A DNA stretch of 64,000 bases from positions 13,516,001-13,580,000 of the forward strand of contig CATNEN010000039.1 of NCBI GenBank assembly GCA_950097015.1, in the 5' to 3' direction. A program made the translations under genes and the position numbers. Below are positions 11,401 through 20,396 of this stretch, in pieces. Positions within the stretch are counted from its first letter, which is position 1; each line of letters opens with the position of its first letter. The DNA is from Macrostomum hystrix (Eukaryota > Animalia > Platyhelminthes). Under the pieces are notes generated by a model, which did not search any database, was not told the origin of the DNA, and saw nothing but the letters and a program-made list of their open reading frames with translations.

Positions 11401-14208
11401 CAGGAGTTGACGAAATCCCGCCGCGCGTCCTCAAGCTTCCCGAGCTGCTGCCTGTTCTCACGGGTATTCTCAACCGCTCCTGCCCCTTGGGAGGTGATCC
11501 CACAGCCCGAGCTCCGGCTCTTTGGAGGATATCCAAGATCATCGCCATACCCCAGAAAGGAAGCTCCAGCAGCCTCGACAACCTCCGCGGCATTGCCCTC
11601 GAGTGCACGCTGGTTAAAGTCCTGAACATCGTCCTGCGCAACCGCCTGCTGCCCACTATCAATCAGCGGCTTGTTCACCTCCAGAGTGGTTTCCGCCCTG
11701 GCAGCTCGACCTCTGAGCAGGTGGCTGCCATCCGCTGCGTGGTCGAAGCCTGCAGGACGCGACAGATGTCGGCATCCATCGTTTTCGTCGACTTCCGCAA
11801 AGCGTTTGATTCCATCAGCAGGCCGGCCATTGCATGGCTGCTCAAAGAACACGGCGTTCCACAATTGCTCATCCAAGCAGTGATGGACCTTTACACCGAC
11901 TCCAGTGCTTTTATTCAGACTGCAGACGGGCCCACGACCGAGTTCGCTACCACCTCTGGTGTTCTTCAAGGAGACACCCTTTCTCCTTTTCTTTTCGTGA
12001 TGGTCATGGACTTCGTTCTCAGGCGCGCCCTACGCGACGACGATGGCTTCATGGTCACCCGCAGGCGTAGTGCCCGGCTCCCCTGCGTCCGCCTGACCTG
12101 CCTCGCCTATGCCGACGACGTCGCCCTGACCTGCTGCGACCCTGACGCAGCCCTGAGAGCGGTCTGTCGCCTGGCCGAGGAAGGCGGGAGAGTCGGGCTT
12201 CACATTAACTACAACAAGACGGAGGTCCTGCACATGGGCACAGCAACCGCCCCACCACTCCAACTTCCAGACGGCAATGTCATCAACACCTGCCAGGACT
12301 TTAAGTACTTAGGTGTGCAAATTTTGGACGCCAACGCCATCATCGAATACCGCAAGCAACAGGCCTGGCGCGCCCTCCACCTTCTGCGTACCATCTTTGA
12401 CTCTACTGCCTCCGACGTCCTGAAGATCGGCCTCTTCCGCTCAGCTGTCGAATCCGTCCTTGCATATGGCCTCGAAGCAGTGCCGATGACGCCTACCCGT
12501 GAGGCTGCCCTGGAGGCGTCTCACCGACACCTGCTGAGGTCGGCGCTTGGCATCCGCTACCCTGAGACTGCGAGCAACGCCGAGCTGACCGCGAGAGCCC
12601 GTGTGCCCTCCTTCGCTCGTTCCCTGCAAAGGCGTCGGCAAATGCTGGCCGGCCACTGCCTGCGGGCTCATGCGAGGGGTGCGGGCCCGCCGCTCGCGAC
12701 CCTTCTGCTCAACCCGCCCAGTGAAGGCCTTCGGCGTGGACAGGGCCGTCGCGTGACTCTACTTGATTGCCTTTTAACTGACTTGCAGAGTCTTGGCTTC
12801 TCCCCTCAGGCTGCTGCCAGGGCTGACTCCCGCGTCTTTCGGCAGCGTGTGTTCGCTGCAGTTTTCTAACCTCCGCAGCGTCCGTTATTATTATTATTAT
12901 TAGGTGAGGAAAGGCTAATGATTGACAGACAACTGTTCTCAAGGTGAGGAAAGGCTAATGATTGACAGACAACTGTTCTCAAGGTGAGGAAAGGCTAATG
13001 ATTGACAGACAACTGTTCTCAAGGTGAGGAAAGGCTAATGATTGACAGACAACTGTTCTCAAGGTGAGGAAAGGCTAATGACTGACAGACAACTGTTCTT
13101 AAGGTGAGGAAAGGCTAATGATTGACAGACAACAGTTCTCAAGGTGAGGAAAGGCTAATGACTGACAGACAACTGTTCTCAAGGTGAGGAAAGGCTAATG
13201 ATTGACAGACAACTGTTCTCAAGGTGAGGAAAGGCTAATGATTGACAGACAACAGTTCTCAAGGTGAGGAAAGGCTAATGATTGAGAGACAACAGTTCTC
13301 AAGGTGAGTAAAGGCTAATGACTAACAGACAACAGTTCTCAAGGTGAGGAAAGGCTAATGATTGACAGACAACAGTTCTCAAGATGAGGAAAGGCTAATG
13401 ATTGACAGACAACAGTTCTCAAGGTGAGGAAAGGCTAATGATTGACAGACAACAGTTCTCAAGATGAGGAAAGGCTAATGATTGACAGACAACAGTTCTC
13501 AAGGTGAGGAAAGGCTAATGATTGACAGACAACAGTTCTCAAGGTGAGGAAAGGCTAATGATTGACAGACAACAGTTCTCAAGGTGAGGAAAGGCTAATG
13601 ACTGACAGACAACAGTTCTCAAGGTGAGGAAAGGCTAATGACTGACAGACAACAGTTCTCAAGGTGAGGAAAGGCTAATGACTGACAGACAACAGTTCTC
13701 AAGATGAGGAAAGGCTAATGATTGACAGACAACAGTTCTCAAGGTGAGGAAAGGCTAATGATTGACAGACAACAGTTCTCAAGATGAGGAAAGGCTAATG
13801 ATTGACAGACAACAGTTCTCAAGGTGAGGAAAGGCTAATGATTGACAGACAACAGTTCTCAAGGTGAGGAAAGGCTAATGATTGACAGACAACAGTTCTC
13901 AAGGTGAGGAAAGGCTAATGATTGACAGACAACAGTTCTCAAGGTGAGGAAAGGCTAATGATTGACAGACAATTGTTCTCAAGGTGAGGAAAGGCTAATG
14001 ACTGACAGACAACAGTTATCAAGGTGAGGAAAGGCTTATGACTGACAGACAACAGTTCTCAAGGTGAGGAAAGGCTAATGACTGACAGACAACAGTTCTC
14101 AAGGTGAGGAAAGGTGGTCACTTACCTGTGACCAGTCTCACGTTTGAGCAACTGAAACTCTGACGACTTCTTTTCAGACCAACTCTGCACGCGGCTGTAG
14201 TAGTCCAT
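5429..14208 (-). CDS. NT5C2: Cytosolic purine 5'-nucleotidase (cN-II, HAD superfamily), about 572 aa, 6 exons
   Basis: Exons 14208-14126, 9127-8671, 7494-7101, 6892-6251, 5640-5581 and 5511-5429 are all GT-AG and phase-compatible (1719 nt). Motifs: IFVNRSL, HAD motif I GFDMDYTL, FLLTNS, KPKFFAEGT, YAGDHIFGDIIKSKK-GWRT, GSLFRSG, RYADLY, LMPHESTV and an acidic C-tail (DDEDEDDSDE) as in cN-II. Confidence 0.93.
5680..6236. repeat. 20-bp minisatellite (CCTTCCCAGTCTACCCTATA) filling NT5C2 intron 4
   Basis: Direct reading; lies inside intron 5641-6250. Confidence 0.96.
6950..7095. repeat. 12-bp minisatellite (CCAATCTACTCC-like) in NT5C2 intron 3
   Basis: Direct reading; starts about 6 nt after the GTGAAT donor at 7100. 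Confidence 0.9.
7575..8640. repeat. 21/22-bp minisatellite (GGATTCCAAAGGGGTAGAATC) filling NT5C2 intron 2
   Basis: Direct reading. The unit junction forms the quasi-palindrome GAATnnGATTC. Confidence 0.96.
9146..9586. repeat. 30-bp then 40-bp related minisatellite, 3' part of NT5C2 intron 1
   Basis: TCTCAGGTGAATTGTCAGATAGACAATTGT x~9.5 grades into AAGGTGAGGAAAGGCTGATGATTGACAGACAATTGTTCTC. Confidence 0.95.
9587..12900 (+). mobile_element. Apparently full-length RTE-type non-LTR retrotransposon inserted in the intronic 40-bp array, antisense to NT5C2
   Basis: Single APE+RT ORF, very short 3' UTR and (TTA)n tail at 12884-12900. Candidate 12-bp TSD TAGGTGAGGAAA at 9575-9586 and 12901-12912. Confidence 0.88.
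9768..12869 (+). CDS. LINE ORF: apurinic-like endonuclease + reverse transcriptase (1033 aa)
   Basis: APE motifs ATFNARTL, AIQEHR, YAPT, GDFNA, LDWIL, SDH. RT motifs QSGFRPG, FVDFRKAFDSI, GVLQGDTLSPFLF, YADD, FKYLG. No stops. Confidence 0.95.
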   Translation: MATHRGRRSAAAAERRQQRFNARRKELRALARLRHVDRHKDSRLAQPEPRVLATPPPAPRTTHLPDIDTNASANSPRQQRQGRKLLSSLSIATFNARTLSNQWRLLELAKAAIDLSISIVAIQEHRRTANLDIDLGNGWFFKAAAASDQGIGRIGFLLSPLANRPSFISDRIGHASFAISDRRLHVLCVYAPTAPATTVDATTTLQFYDQLGHQLDHLASRDLYFIAGDFNAPLPVDGQLVRNRCGTPNANTPHLSTFMASRNLLAANGYFRQGLNALPTFRGPNSRTTRLDWILCPAASRSRLRAAQSIVLHCVPSDHALVCCHFDHRWQRFRRPTAPPFWAALARTETKAAFLNQLFAAGLTLNSSFNELATAVASAATASLPKRQPRQSSARWASDPSVTRARSLVQATVARHGAGSEQATAATDTLRDAHRIAAELATQEALTEIQAATDNCRPAAAWRAINRLTGRRATPKAIIPANSQEERKQLMADHFEGVLNADAPDPLLPPLEGLLPIPDGTFDCAPICSAEVKKALQTMRSDAAAGVDEIPPRVLKLPELLPVLTGILNRSCPLGGDPTARAPALWRISKIIAIPQKGSSSSLDNLRGIALECTLVKVLNIVLRNRLLPTINQRLVHLQSGFRPGSSTSEQVAAIRCVVEACRTRQMSASIVFVDFRKAFDSISRPAIAWLLKEHGVPQLLIQAVMDLYTDSSAFIQTADGPTTEFATTSGVLQGDTLSPFLFVMVMDFVLRRALRDDDGFMVTRRRSARLPCVRLTCLAYADDVALTCCDPDAALRAVCRLAEEGGRVGLHINYNKTEVLHMGTATAPPLQLPDGNVINTCQDFKYLGVQILDANAIIEYRKQQAWRALHLLRTIFDSTASDVLKIGLFRSAVESVLAYGLEAVPMTPTREAALEASHRHLLRSALGIRYPETASNAELTARARVPSFARSLQRRRQMLAGHCLRAHARGAGPPLATLLLNPPSEGLRRGQGRRVTLLDCLLTDLQSLGFSPQAAARADSRVFRQRVFAAVF
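12901..14114. repeat. 40-bp minisatellite (AAGGTGAGGAAAGGCTAATGATTGACAGACAACAGTTCTC), about 30 copies, 5' part of NT5C2 intron 1
   Basis: Direct reading; ends 11 nt from the GTAAGT donor at 14125. Confidence 0.97.
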
Positions 14209-14577
14209 CTTTCGGTTTGCTTGTTTGTTTGTTACGTTTTACACGGCAATCTCCGTTATATATAGACGCAAATAATTTGACTGAAGTGTTAAATAATCCA
14301 TTTTATAATCTGCAAAATGATGACTTTAGATAACTTTAATTACAATTTATAAAGAAATATCCGTTTTTTTCGAAATAAATGTAAAAGCAAAGCAGTCATA
14401 GTGTTTTTACTTCAATCTCAAATTTCGATTTCGCGAGAAAATGTTACAATCTGTTCATTACATAAGGTGGCTCAGATTAAAGGATGTGCGCATAAGAAAA
14501 AAACGATAAGAAAAAATGATTAGAGTATATATTTTACTTGACTTTAAATACATTGATCGCTAAAAACAACTACCAAC

Positions 14578-14778
14578 CATGCCAACCTACACGAAAGCTA
14601 GCCAGTCTACTCAAAAGCTAGCCAGCCTACTCAAAAGCTAGCCAGCCTACTCAAAAGCTAGCCAGCCTACTCAAAAGCTAGCCAGCCTACTCAAAAGCTA
14701 GCCAGCCTACTCAAAAGCTTGCCAGCCTACTCAAAAGCTTGCCAACCTACTCAAAAGCTTATCAACTTACTCAAAAGC
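14578..14778. repeat. 20-bp minisatellite (CTCAAAAGCTAGCCAGCCTA), left part
   Basis: The same array resumes at 19625 after the nested LTR insertions. Confidence 0.95.
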
Positions 14779-14888
14779 TGTAGTGGTCTGCCTCGCGCAT
14801 TCACACTCTCCGCCCACGCGCCCTTACAAATGCTATTTGCGTAACGCCTCACCTGCGCTCACACTCCGCCCACGCGCCCTGACAAATG

Positions 14889-17800
14889 TGTTGTGCAGTT
14901 GATTAATGCACGTACATAGTTCGTACATGTACACCTCTGATATCGATTGGCGCAGAATATATATAGTCCAATAACTGAGAGCCAACTTGGCGTGAAAGTT
15001 TCGGATACTAACTTGGCTGACTCGCTACTATTCATTTACAACATTGGCATCGCAAGCTCAAGCGAACACCCACCCCAATAAGCCGGGGTCGGAGTAGACT
15101 GAAGTGAAGTGACTGCAAGCCTGCCAAGCCAAGCGTAAACAACAGCGCCAAACTGCAAAAGTCAAACTGAAACATGACGAGTGACAGCAACTCAGCAGAA
15201 GCGCCGCGGATCAGCGTATCGCCGCCGGATCAATTCCTGCCGCAGCCGGGCCGACCGGCGAGGCCGTGGAAAGAGTGGAAGGCCCTCTTTGAGAACTACT
15301 TACTTGCGGCCGGCTACGACACTTTGCCGGAAGCGAGGAGGCGCGCGCTGTTGCTGCACTGCCTTGGCGCGGAAGGGCAGCGAGTCTTTGCGGCTGTGGC
15401 AGCAACGAAGAGGCCGAGTCCGACAGAACTCGCGGCGACAGTCGCGATTCTGGACGAGCAGTTCGGAGCCAAAGTCAACGTGGTGGCGGAGCGCCACAAG
15501 TTTCGGCAGCGCAGTCAGCGTCCGGGTGAAAAGATTGCGGACTTCGTGGCGGCTCTGTATGCTCTGGCTGGCTCATGTGAGTTCCGCGACATGATGGAAG
15601 AAATGATCCGCGACCAGATCGTGGAGAAGGTCAGCGACAGGCGAATTCGAGAGCGCTTGCTGATCGAGGACGGCCTGACGCTGCAGAAGGCAGTGACGCT
15701 GAGCCAGCAATGGGAGACCAGCATCGCTGAGGCCAGCGCGATAGAGACGGAAGGCGCAGCCGCGGCCGGAGCACAGCTGGAAGAAGAGGTGAAGAGAGTC
15801 CGACTACAACCAGACAGGAAGAACACAGGACAAGGGCGACCAGATCGAGAGTCATGCTCCAAGTGCGGAGGCGGGCACAACAGACGAGCCCGGTGTCCAG
15901 CTGAAGGCAAGAGTTGTCATGTCTCCGGGAAGGCGAACCATTTCGGCCGGATGTGCAGGTCGCAGGGCGCCAAGGTCGCCGAGGTCATGGACGAGAGCGG
16001 CCAAGCCGTGTACATGGTGCGCGGCGCCTCCAGTCCCGACATCCGCTGCCGGCTGAAGGTGCATGGCATCTGGCTGAATCTGCTTGTAGACTCGGGAGCC
16101 AAGGTGTCCATCCTGTCAGAGAGGACCTTCAGGAAGCTCGGAAACCGGTCGCCACTCCAGCCGTCGACCAAGAAACTCATCGCGTACAACGGCAAGGCAA
16201 TCGATGTCGTCGGCGAGGCGGTGCTGTCCGTCAGCTATCGCGGCCAGCTGGTGCCATTTTTCTGCTTTACCGTGGTACGGCAAGGCTCCGACATCATGGG
16301 AACGGATCTGATGCAGCACCTCAGCTTCCAGGTGGTGGACAAGGACGGCGACCTCGTGCGCACAGTCGAAAAAACGGCAGAGCTACCGGTCTGGCTGGCC
16401 GAGCGCTTCAAGCCACTGACGCAGGGACTCGGGCGGATCCGAGGATTCGAGCACCGGCCCAGGCTGAACCCCGCCGTGCCCCCGGTGGCGCAATCGCTAC
16501 GCCGCATCCCACTTAGCATCAAAGACAAAGTCCAGGCGGAGATTGACCAGCTGCTGGAGGATGACATCATCGAGGAGATCCAGGCTTCAGAGTGGATTTC
16601 GAACCTGGTGATCGTCCCGAAGCCTGATGGCAAAATCAGGGTCTGCAATGACCTCAGGTGCCCAAACAAGGCCATAGTTCCGGATAAGCAGCCGCTGCCG
16701 ACATTCGAGGAGCTGACAACGGAGTTCAAGGGCTCGACCGTGTTCACTAAGCTGGATTTAAATTCTTCGTATCTGCAGTTGGAGCTAGCAGAAGATAGGC
16801 GGGACTTAACGGCCTTCATTACGGAGAAAGGGCTGTACCGGTACAAGCGCGTATGCTATGGCCTAAACAGCGCCCCGGCGGCCTTCCAGAAAGTTCTCAG
16901 CAAGATTCTCCATGGCTGTTCCGGGACGCTGCACTACATCGACGACATAGTGGTGCACGCTGCCAACGAGGCGGAGCACCTGCGGCGGCTCACGACAGTG
17001 CTGGACAAGCTGCTCGCCCATGGCGTCACGCTCAACGCCTCAAAGTGCCAGTGGGCTGCAGAGACAGTGCAGTTCCTGGGCTACATCGTCTCCGCGAGAG
17101 GACTTCAGCCGATGCAGTCTAACGTTGAAGACATCGAGGCGGTGCCGGAGCCCCAGAACGCCGAGGCAGTGGCCTCATTTCTGGGAATGGTTAAATTCTA
17201 TTCCAACTTTCTGCACAACCTGTCCGACATCGCCGAGCCGCTGCTGCTGCTACTTCGCAAAGAGCAGCCCTGGAACTGGACAACAGATTGCCAAAAGGCC
17301 TTTTGGAGGCTCAAGAAGATGGTGGTGTCCCCAACATGCTTGCGATTCTTCAGTCCCGACGACAAGATCATCGTGGCCTGCGACAGCTCCGCGCACGCTC
17401 TGGGGGCCGTGCTGATGCAAGACGACAGCGCCGGGGTTCGAAGACCAGTCGCTTTCGCGTCAAGGACCCTGTCAGCGACCGAGCGCAAGTACTCCGCATC
17501 AGAGAGAGAGGCTCTCGCGTGCATCTTCGCGTGCGAGAGATGGCACTATTTCCTGTTCGGCCGGAGATTCGAGCTGCACACGGACCACCAGGCTCTGACG
17601 ACGCTGCTGACGGCTCAAGGCAGCGGCCACCGGCCTCTGCGGCTTCATCGATGGGCCGACCGCCTGCTCGCGTACGACTTCCAAGTCTGCCACGTTCCTG
17701 GCAAGAAGAACATCGTGCCAGATTTTTTGTCGCGCCACGGCGCTCTCGAAGGAAAATGCCCAAGGCAAAGCGAAGAGGACTCGACCGAGCTCCAAGTGAA

Positions 17801-19510
17801 TGCCGTACTGCTATCGGGCGCGCTGGAGATTGTCAGTCCAAGCGAACTGGCCGAGGCATCCCTGCAGGACCCGGTGATCAATGATGCGGTCACAATGACG
17901 CTCCAGGGGTGGCCTAACTCCATCAAGCAGCTGAAGCCGGAGCTGCAGCCGTTCTGGAGGATGCGGACGCAACTGGCGCTCTGGAATGACGGCAAGTGCC
18001 TGGCCAACGGCACCCGAGCAGTAATCCCCGCATCCCTGAGGGAGAAGACGCTGCAGCTGGCGCATTTCGGGCACCTCGGCGTGAGCAAAATGAAGCAGCA
18101 TTGCCGGGACGCAGTCTGGTGGCCGCAAATCGATCAGCATATCGAGGAATTTGTGCGACATTGCGAGGCCTGCCTGCTTAGCGAGAAGAACTTTAAGCCA
18201 CCCAAGACGGTCCTGACCCCTACGAAGTGGCCGACGCGTCCATGGGAGGAACTCCAGCTCGACATCTTCGGGGAGCTGCACTCTGCGCCGAACTCCTGTC
18301 GCTTCATCCTGGTGCTGTACGATTTGCATTCAAAGTGGCCGGAGGCTGCCTGCATGTCGACTGTCACAAGCGCGGATGTCATCGACGCCCTGACAACGTG
18401 GTTTAGCCGCTGGGGCCTGCCGAAGAGCATTAAAACAGACGGAGGTCCGCAGTTCGTGTCCGGCGATTTTGAGGATTTTCTTCAGCGCTGCGGCATCCGG
18501 CACCGGCAGTCACCGCACTACCACCCCCAGGGCAACGCGGCCGTAGAGCGCTTCAACCGTTTTCTCAAGGACGGCCTAAAGACGCACCTAGAGGAGGGCT
18601 ACGACTTCAAGGACGCGGTGAAGACGCTGCTGTGGTCGTACAGGGCCACCCCGCATGCACTGACTGGAGTGTCACCGGCGGAGCTCATGACAGGCCGGAA
18701 GATCAGCACCCCGTTGACAGCTCTGCAGCCAAGGACAACAGCGCGGCACAGACTGGCGGCCAGCATCAAGCGGAGGCAGCAGCGCGTTTTCGATCAGCTC
18801 AACACGACCCGGAGGCCGCCGCCCACGTTCATAGTCGGCGACTGGGTGCGCGTGAAGCGGCCGTTCGCCCGCGGCAAGCTGAGCAGCCGCCTGTCCGAGC
18901 CACGGCAGATCTCCCGGATCGCGAGCGCGACCACCGTCATCCTCAGCGATGGCTCCCGCTGGCACGTCGACAACTGCGTCCGGGTACCGCGGCCAGCCGG
19001 AGCGCTGCCGCACTGGCCAGCGCCGGCTCCCAGCGCAGCCGGGACAGCCGCGGAGGCGGCGACGGCGGCAGACCCAGCGAGACAGCAGCAGCCAGCCCAG
19101 ACGGCGATCCGAGTGAGCTCAAGGCCGCGAGCGCCGCCGCAATGGTACGGTGAAATCGTGACTCACTGACTCGTTTTTTAGTGACGGTTATTCAGCTGTT
19201 ATTAGCGATCAGCTGTTTCGATTTAATTCTCTTTGAAGTACCTGATGCATAAAAAGATCATTTTACTCCTTCGATGCTTGGTAATGCACTTTTATTTCCT
19301 GCTCAATATTTGCATAATTATTTTCGTTGCTCTATCCTTTGAAAGGGAAGGTGAATGTTGTGCAGTTGATTAATGCACGTACATAGTTCGTACATGTACA
19401 CCTCTGATATCGATTGGCGCAGAATATATATAGTCCAATAACTGAGAGCCAACTTGGCGTGAAAGTTTCGGATACTAACTTGGCTGACTCGCTACTATTC
19501 ATTTACAACA
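14889..19510 (+). mobile_element. Full-length Ty3/Gypsy LTR retrotransposon (Mag-like) with identical 155-bp LTRs
   Basis: LTRs 14889-15043 and 19356-19510 (TGTTG...CAACA) read identical. TSD AAATG at 14884-14888 and 19511-19515. PBS-like TGGCATCGCAAG after the 5' LTR and PPT GAAAGGGAAGGTGAA before the 3' LTR. Confidence 0.96.
15174..19169 (+). CDS. Gag-Pol polyprotein (Gag, Zn knuckles, protease, RT, RNase H, integrase), 1331 aa
   Basis: CSKCGGGH..C knuckle, protease LVDSGA, RT YIDD, RNase H ACDSSAHALGAVL...EREALA...TDH, integrase H-x2-H...CEAC and DDE (LDIF, TDGGPQF, AVERFN). Domain order PR-RT-RH-IN indicates Ty3/Gypsy. Confidence 0.96.
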   Translation: MTSDSNSAEAPRISVSPPDQFLPQPGRPARPWKEWKALFENYLLAAGYDTLPEARRRALLLHCLGAEGQRVFAAVAATKRPSPTELAATVAILDEQFGAKVNVVAERHKFRQRSQRPGEKIADFVAALYALAGSCEFRDMMEEMIRDQIVEKVSDRRIRERLLIEDGLTLQKAVTLSQQWETSIAEASAIETEGAAAAGAQLEEEVKRVRLQPDRKNTGQGRPDRESCSKCGGGHNRRARCPAEGKSCHVSGKANHFGRMCRSQGAKVAEVMDESGQAVYMVRGASSPDIRCRLKVHGIWLNLLVDSGAKVSILSERTFRKLGNRSPLQPSTKKLIAYNGKAIDVVGEAVLSVSYRGQLVPFFCFTVVRQGSDIMGTDLMQHLSFQVVDKDGDLVRTVEKTAELPVWLAERFKPLTQGLGRIRGFEHRPRLNPAVPPVAQSLRRIPLSIKDKVQAEIDQLLEDDIIEEIQASEWISNLVIVPKPDGKIRVCNDLRCPNKAIVPDKQPLPTFEELTTEFKGSTVFTKLDLNSSYLQLELAEDRRDLTAFITEKGLYRYKRVCYGLNSAPAAFQKVLSKILHGCSGTLHYIDDIVVHAANEAEHLRRLTTVLDKLLAHGVTLNASKCQWAAETVQFLGYIVSARGLQPMQSNVEDIEAVPEPQNAEAVASFLGMVKFYSNFLHNLSDIAEPLLLLLRKEQPWNWTTDCQKAFWRLKKMVVSPTCLRFFSPDDKIIVACDSSAHALGAVLMQDDSAGVRRPVAFASRTLSATERKYSASEREALACIFACERWHYFLFGRRFELHTDHQALTTLLTAQGSGHRPLRLHRWADRLLAYDFQVCHVPGKKNIVPDFLSRHGALEGKCPRQSEEDSTELQVNAVLLSGALEIVSPSELAEASLQDPVINDAVTMTLQGWPNSIKQLKPELQPFWRMRTQLALWNDGKCLANGTRAVIPASLREKTLQLAHFGHLGVSKMKQHCRDAVWWPQIDQHIEEFVRHCEACLLSEKNFKPPKTVLTPTKWPTRPWEELQLDIFGELHSAPNSCRFILVLYDLHSKWPEAACMSTVTSADVIDALTTWFSRWGLPKSIKTDGGPQFVSGDFEDFLQRCGIRHRQSPHYHPQGNAAVERFNRFLKDGLKTHLEEGYDFKDAVKTLLWSYRATPHALTGVSPAELMTGRKISTPLTALQPRTTARHRLAASIKRRQQRVFDQLNTTRRPPPTFIVGDWVRVKRPFARGKLSSRLSEPRQISRIASATTVILSDGSRWHVDNCVRVPRPAGALPHWPAPAPSAAGTAAEAATAADPARQQQPAQTAIRVSSRPRAPPQWYGEIVTH

Positions 19511-19624
19511 AAATGCTATTGCGTAACGCCTCAGCCGCACGTGGCGGCGTACAATATATATAGTAGACGCACGGTCCACAGAGGCCTGTGAAGTTTTCTC
19601 TTGCCACTAAACGACTGCACTACA

Positions 19625-20030
19625 AAAGCTTATCAACCTACTCAAAAGCTTATCAACCTACTCAAAAGCTTATCAACCTACTCAAAAGCTTATCAACTTA
19701 CTCAAAAGCTTATCAACCTACTCAAAAGCTTATCAACCTACTCAAAAGCTTATCAACTTACTCAAAAGCTTATCAACCTACTCAAAAGCTAGCCGACCTA
19801 CTCAAAAGCTAGCCAACCTACTCAAAAGCTAGCCATCCTACTCAAAAGCTAGTCAGCCTACTCAAAAGCTAGCCAGCCTACTCAAAAGCTAGCCAACCTA
19901 TTTAAAAGCTTGCCAACTTACTCAAAAGCTTATCAACCTACTCAAAAGCTAGCCAGCCTACTCAAAAGCTAGCCAACCTATTTAAAAGCTTGCCAACTTA
20001 CTCAAAAGCTTATCAACCTACTCAAAAGCT
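19625..20030. repeat. 20-bp minisatellite (CTCAAAAGCTTATCAACCTA), right part
   Basis: Direct reading. Confidence 0.95.
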
Positions 20031-20396
20031 TCTTAAAGTCTCCAAAATCCAAAATCCAAAATTAAAACCGCCCTAACAAACTAATCTAATTTTCCTGAAA
20101 GCTTTCAAAGGTACGAGTAATAACTAAACAAACTCGCTGTATACAAAAGGAAGGCTTCTTCTGATTGACGCAAAAAACTAAATGGTGTTAAATGAAAAGC
20201 GCATTAATCATTAAAAGTGCTTTATGTTGTTCCGAGAAGCTTATCAGAATAAACTCATGCGGACTACTTAGACAATTTTCTCAGTCTTAAAATAAGCTAG
20301 TACCTGACATATATTAGAAGGCCTCATGTATCAGATACGCACAAATTACAGACTAAAATCATAGTAGTGTCAGTCAGAAATATCAAAATAGACTAG

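Larger units (their letters stand above)
14779..19624. mobile_element. Solo LTR (~219 bp; 14779-14888 + 19516-19624) interrupted by a Gypsy element
   Basis: Ends TGTAGTG...CACTACA are inverted. 5-bp TSD AAAGC at 14774-14778 and 19625-19629. Internal TATA-like TATATATA. Confidence 0.85.

Noticed and set aside
10023-19153. Overlapping and antisense ORFs within the LINE and Gypsy coding regions
   Set aside because: These are expected shadows of GC-rich coding sequence and show no motifs.
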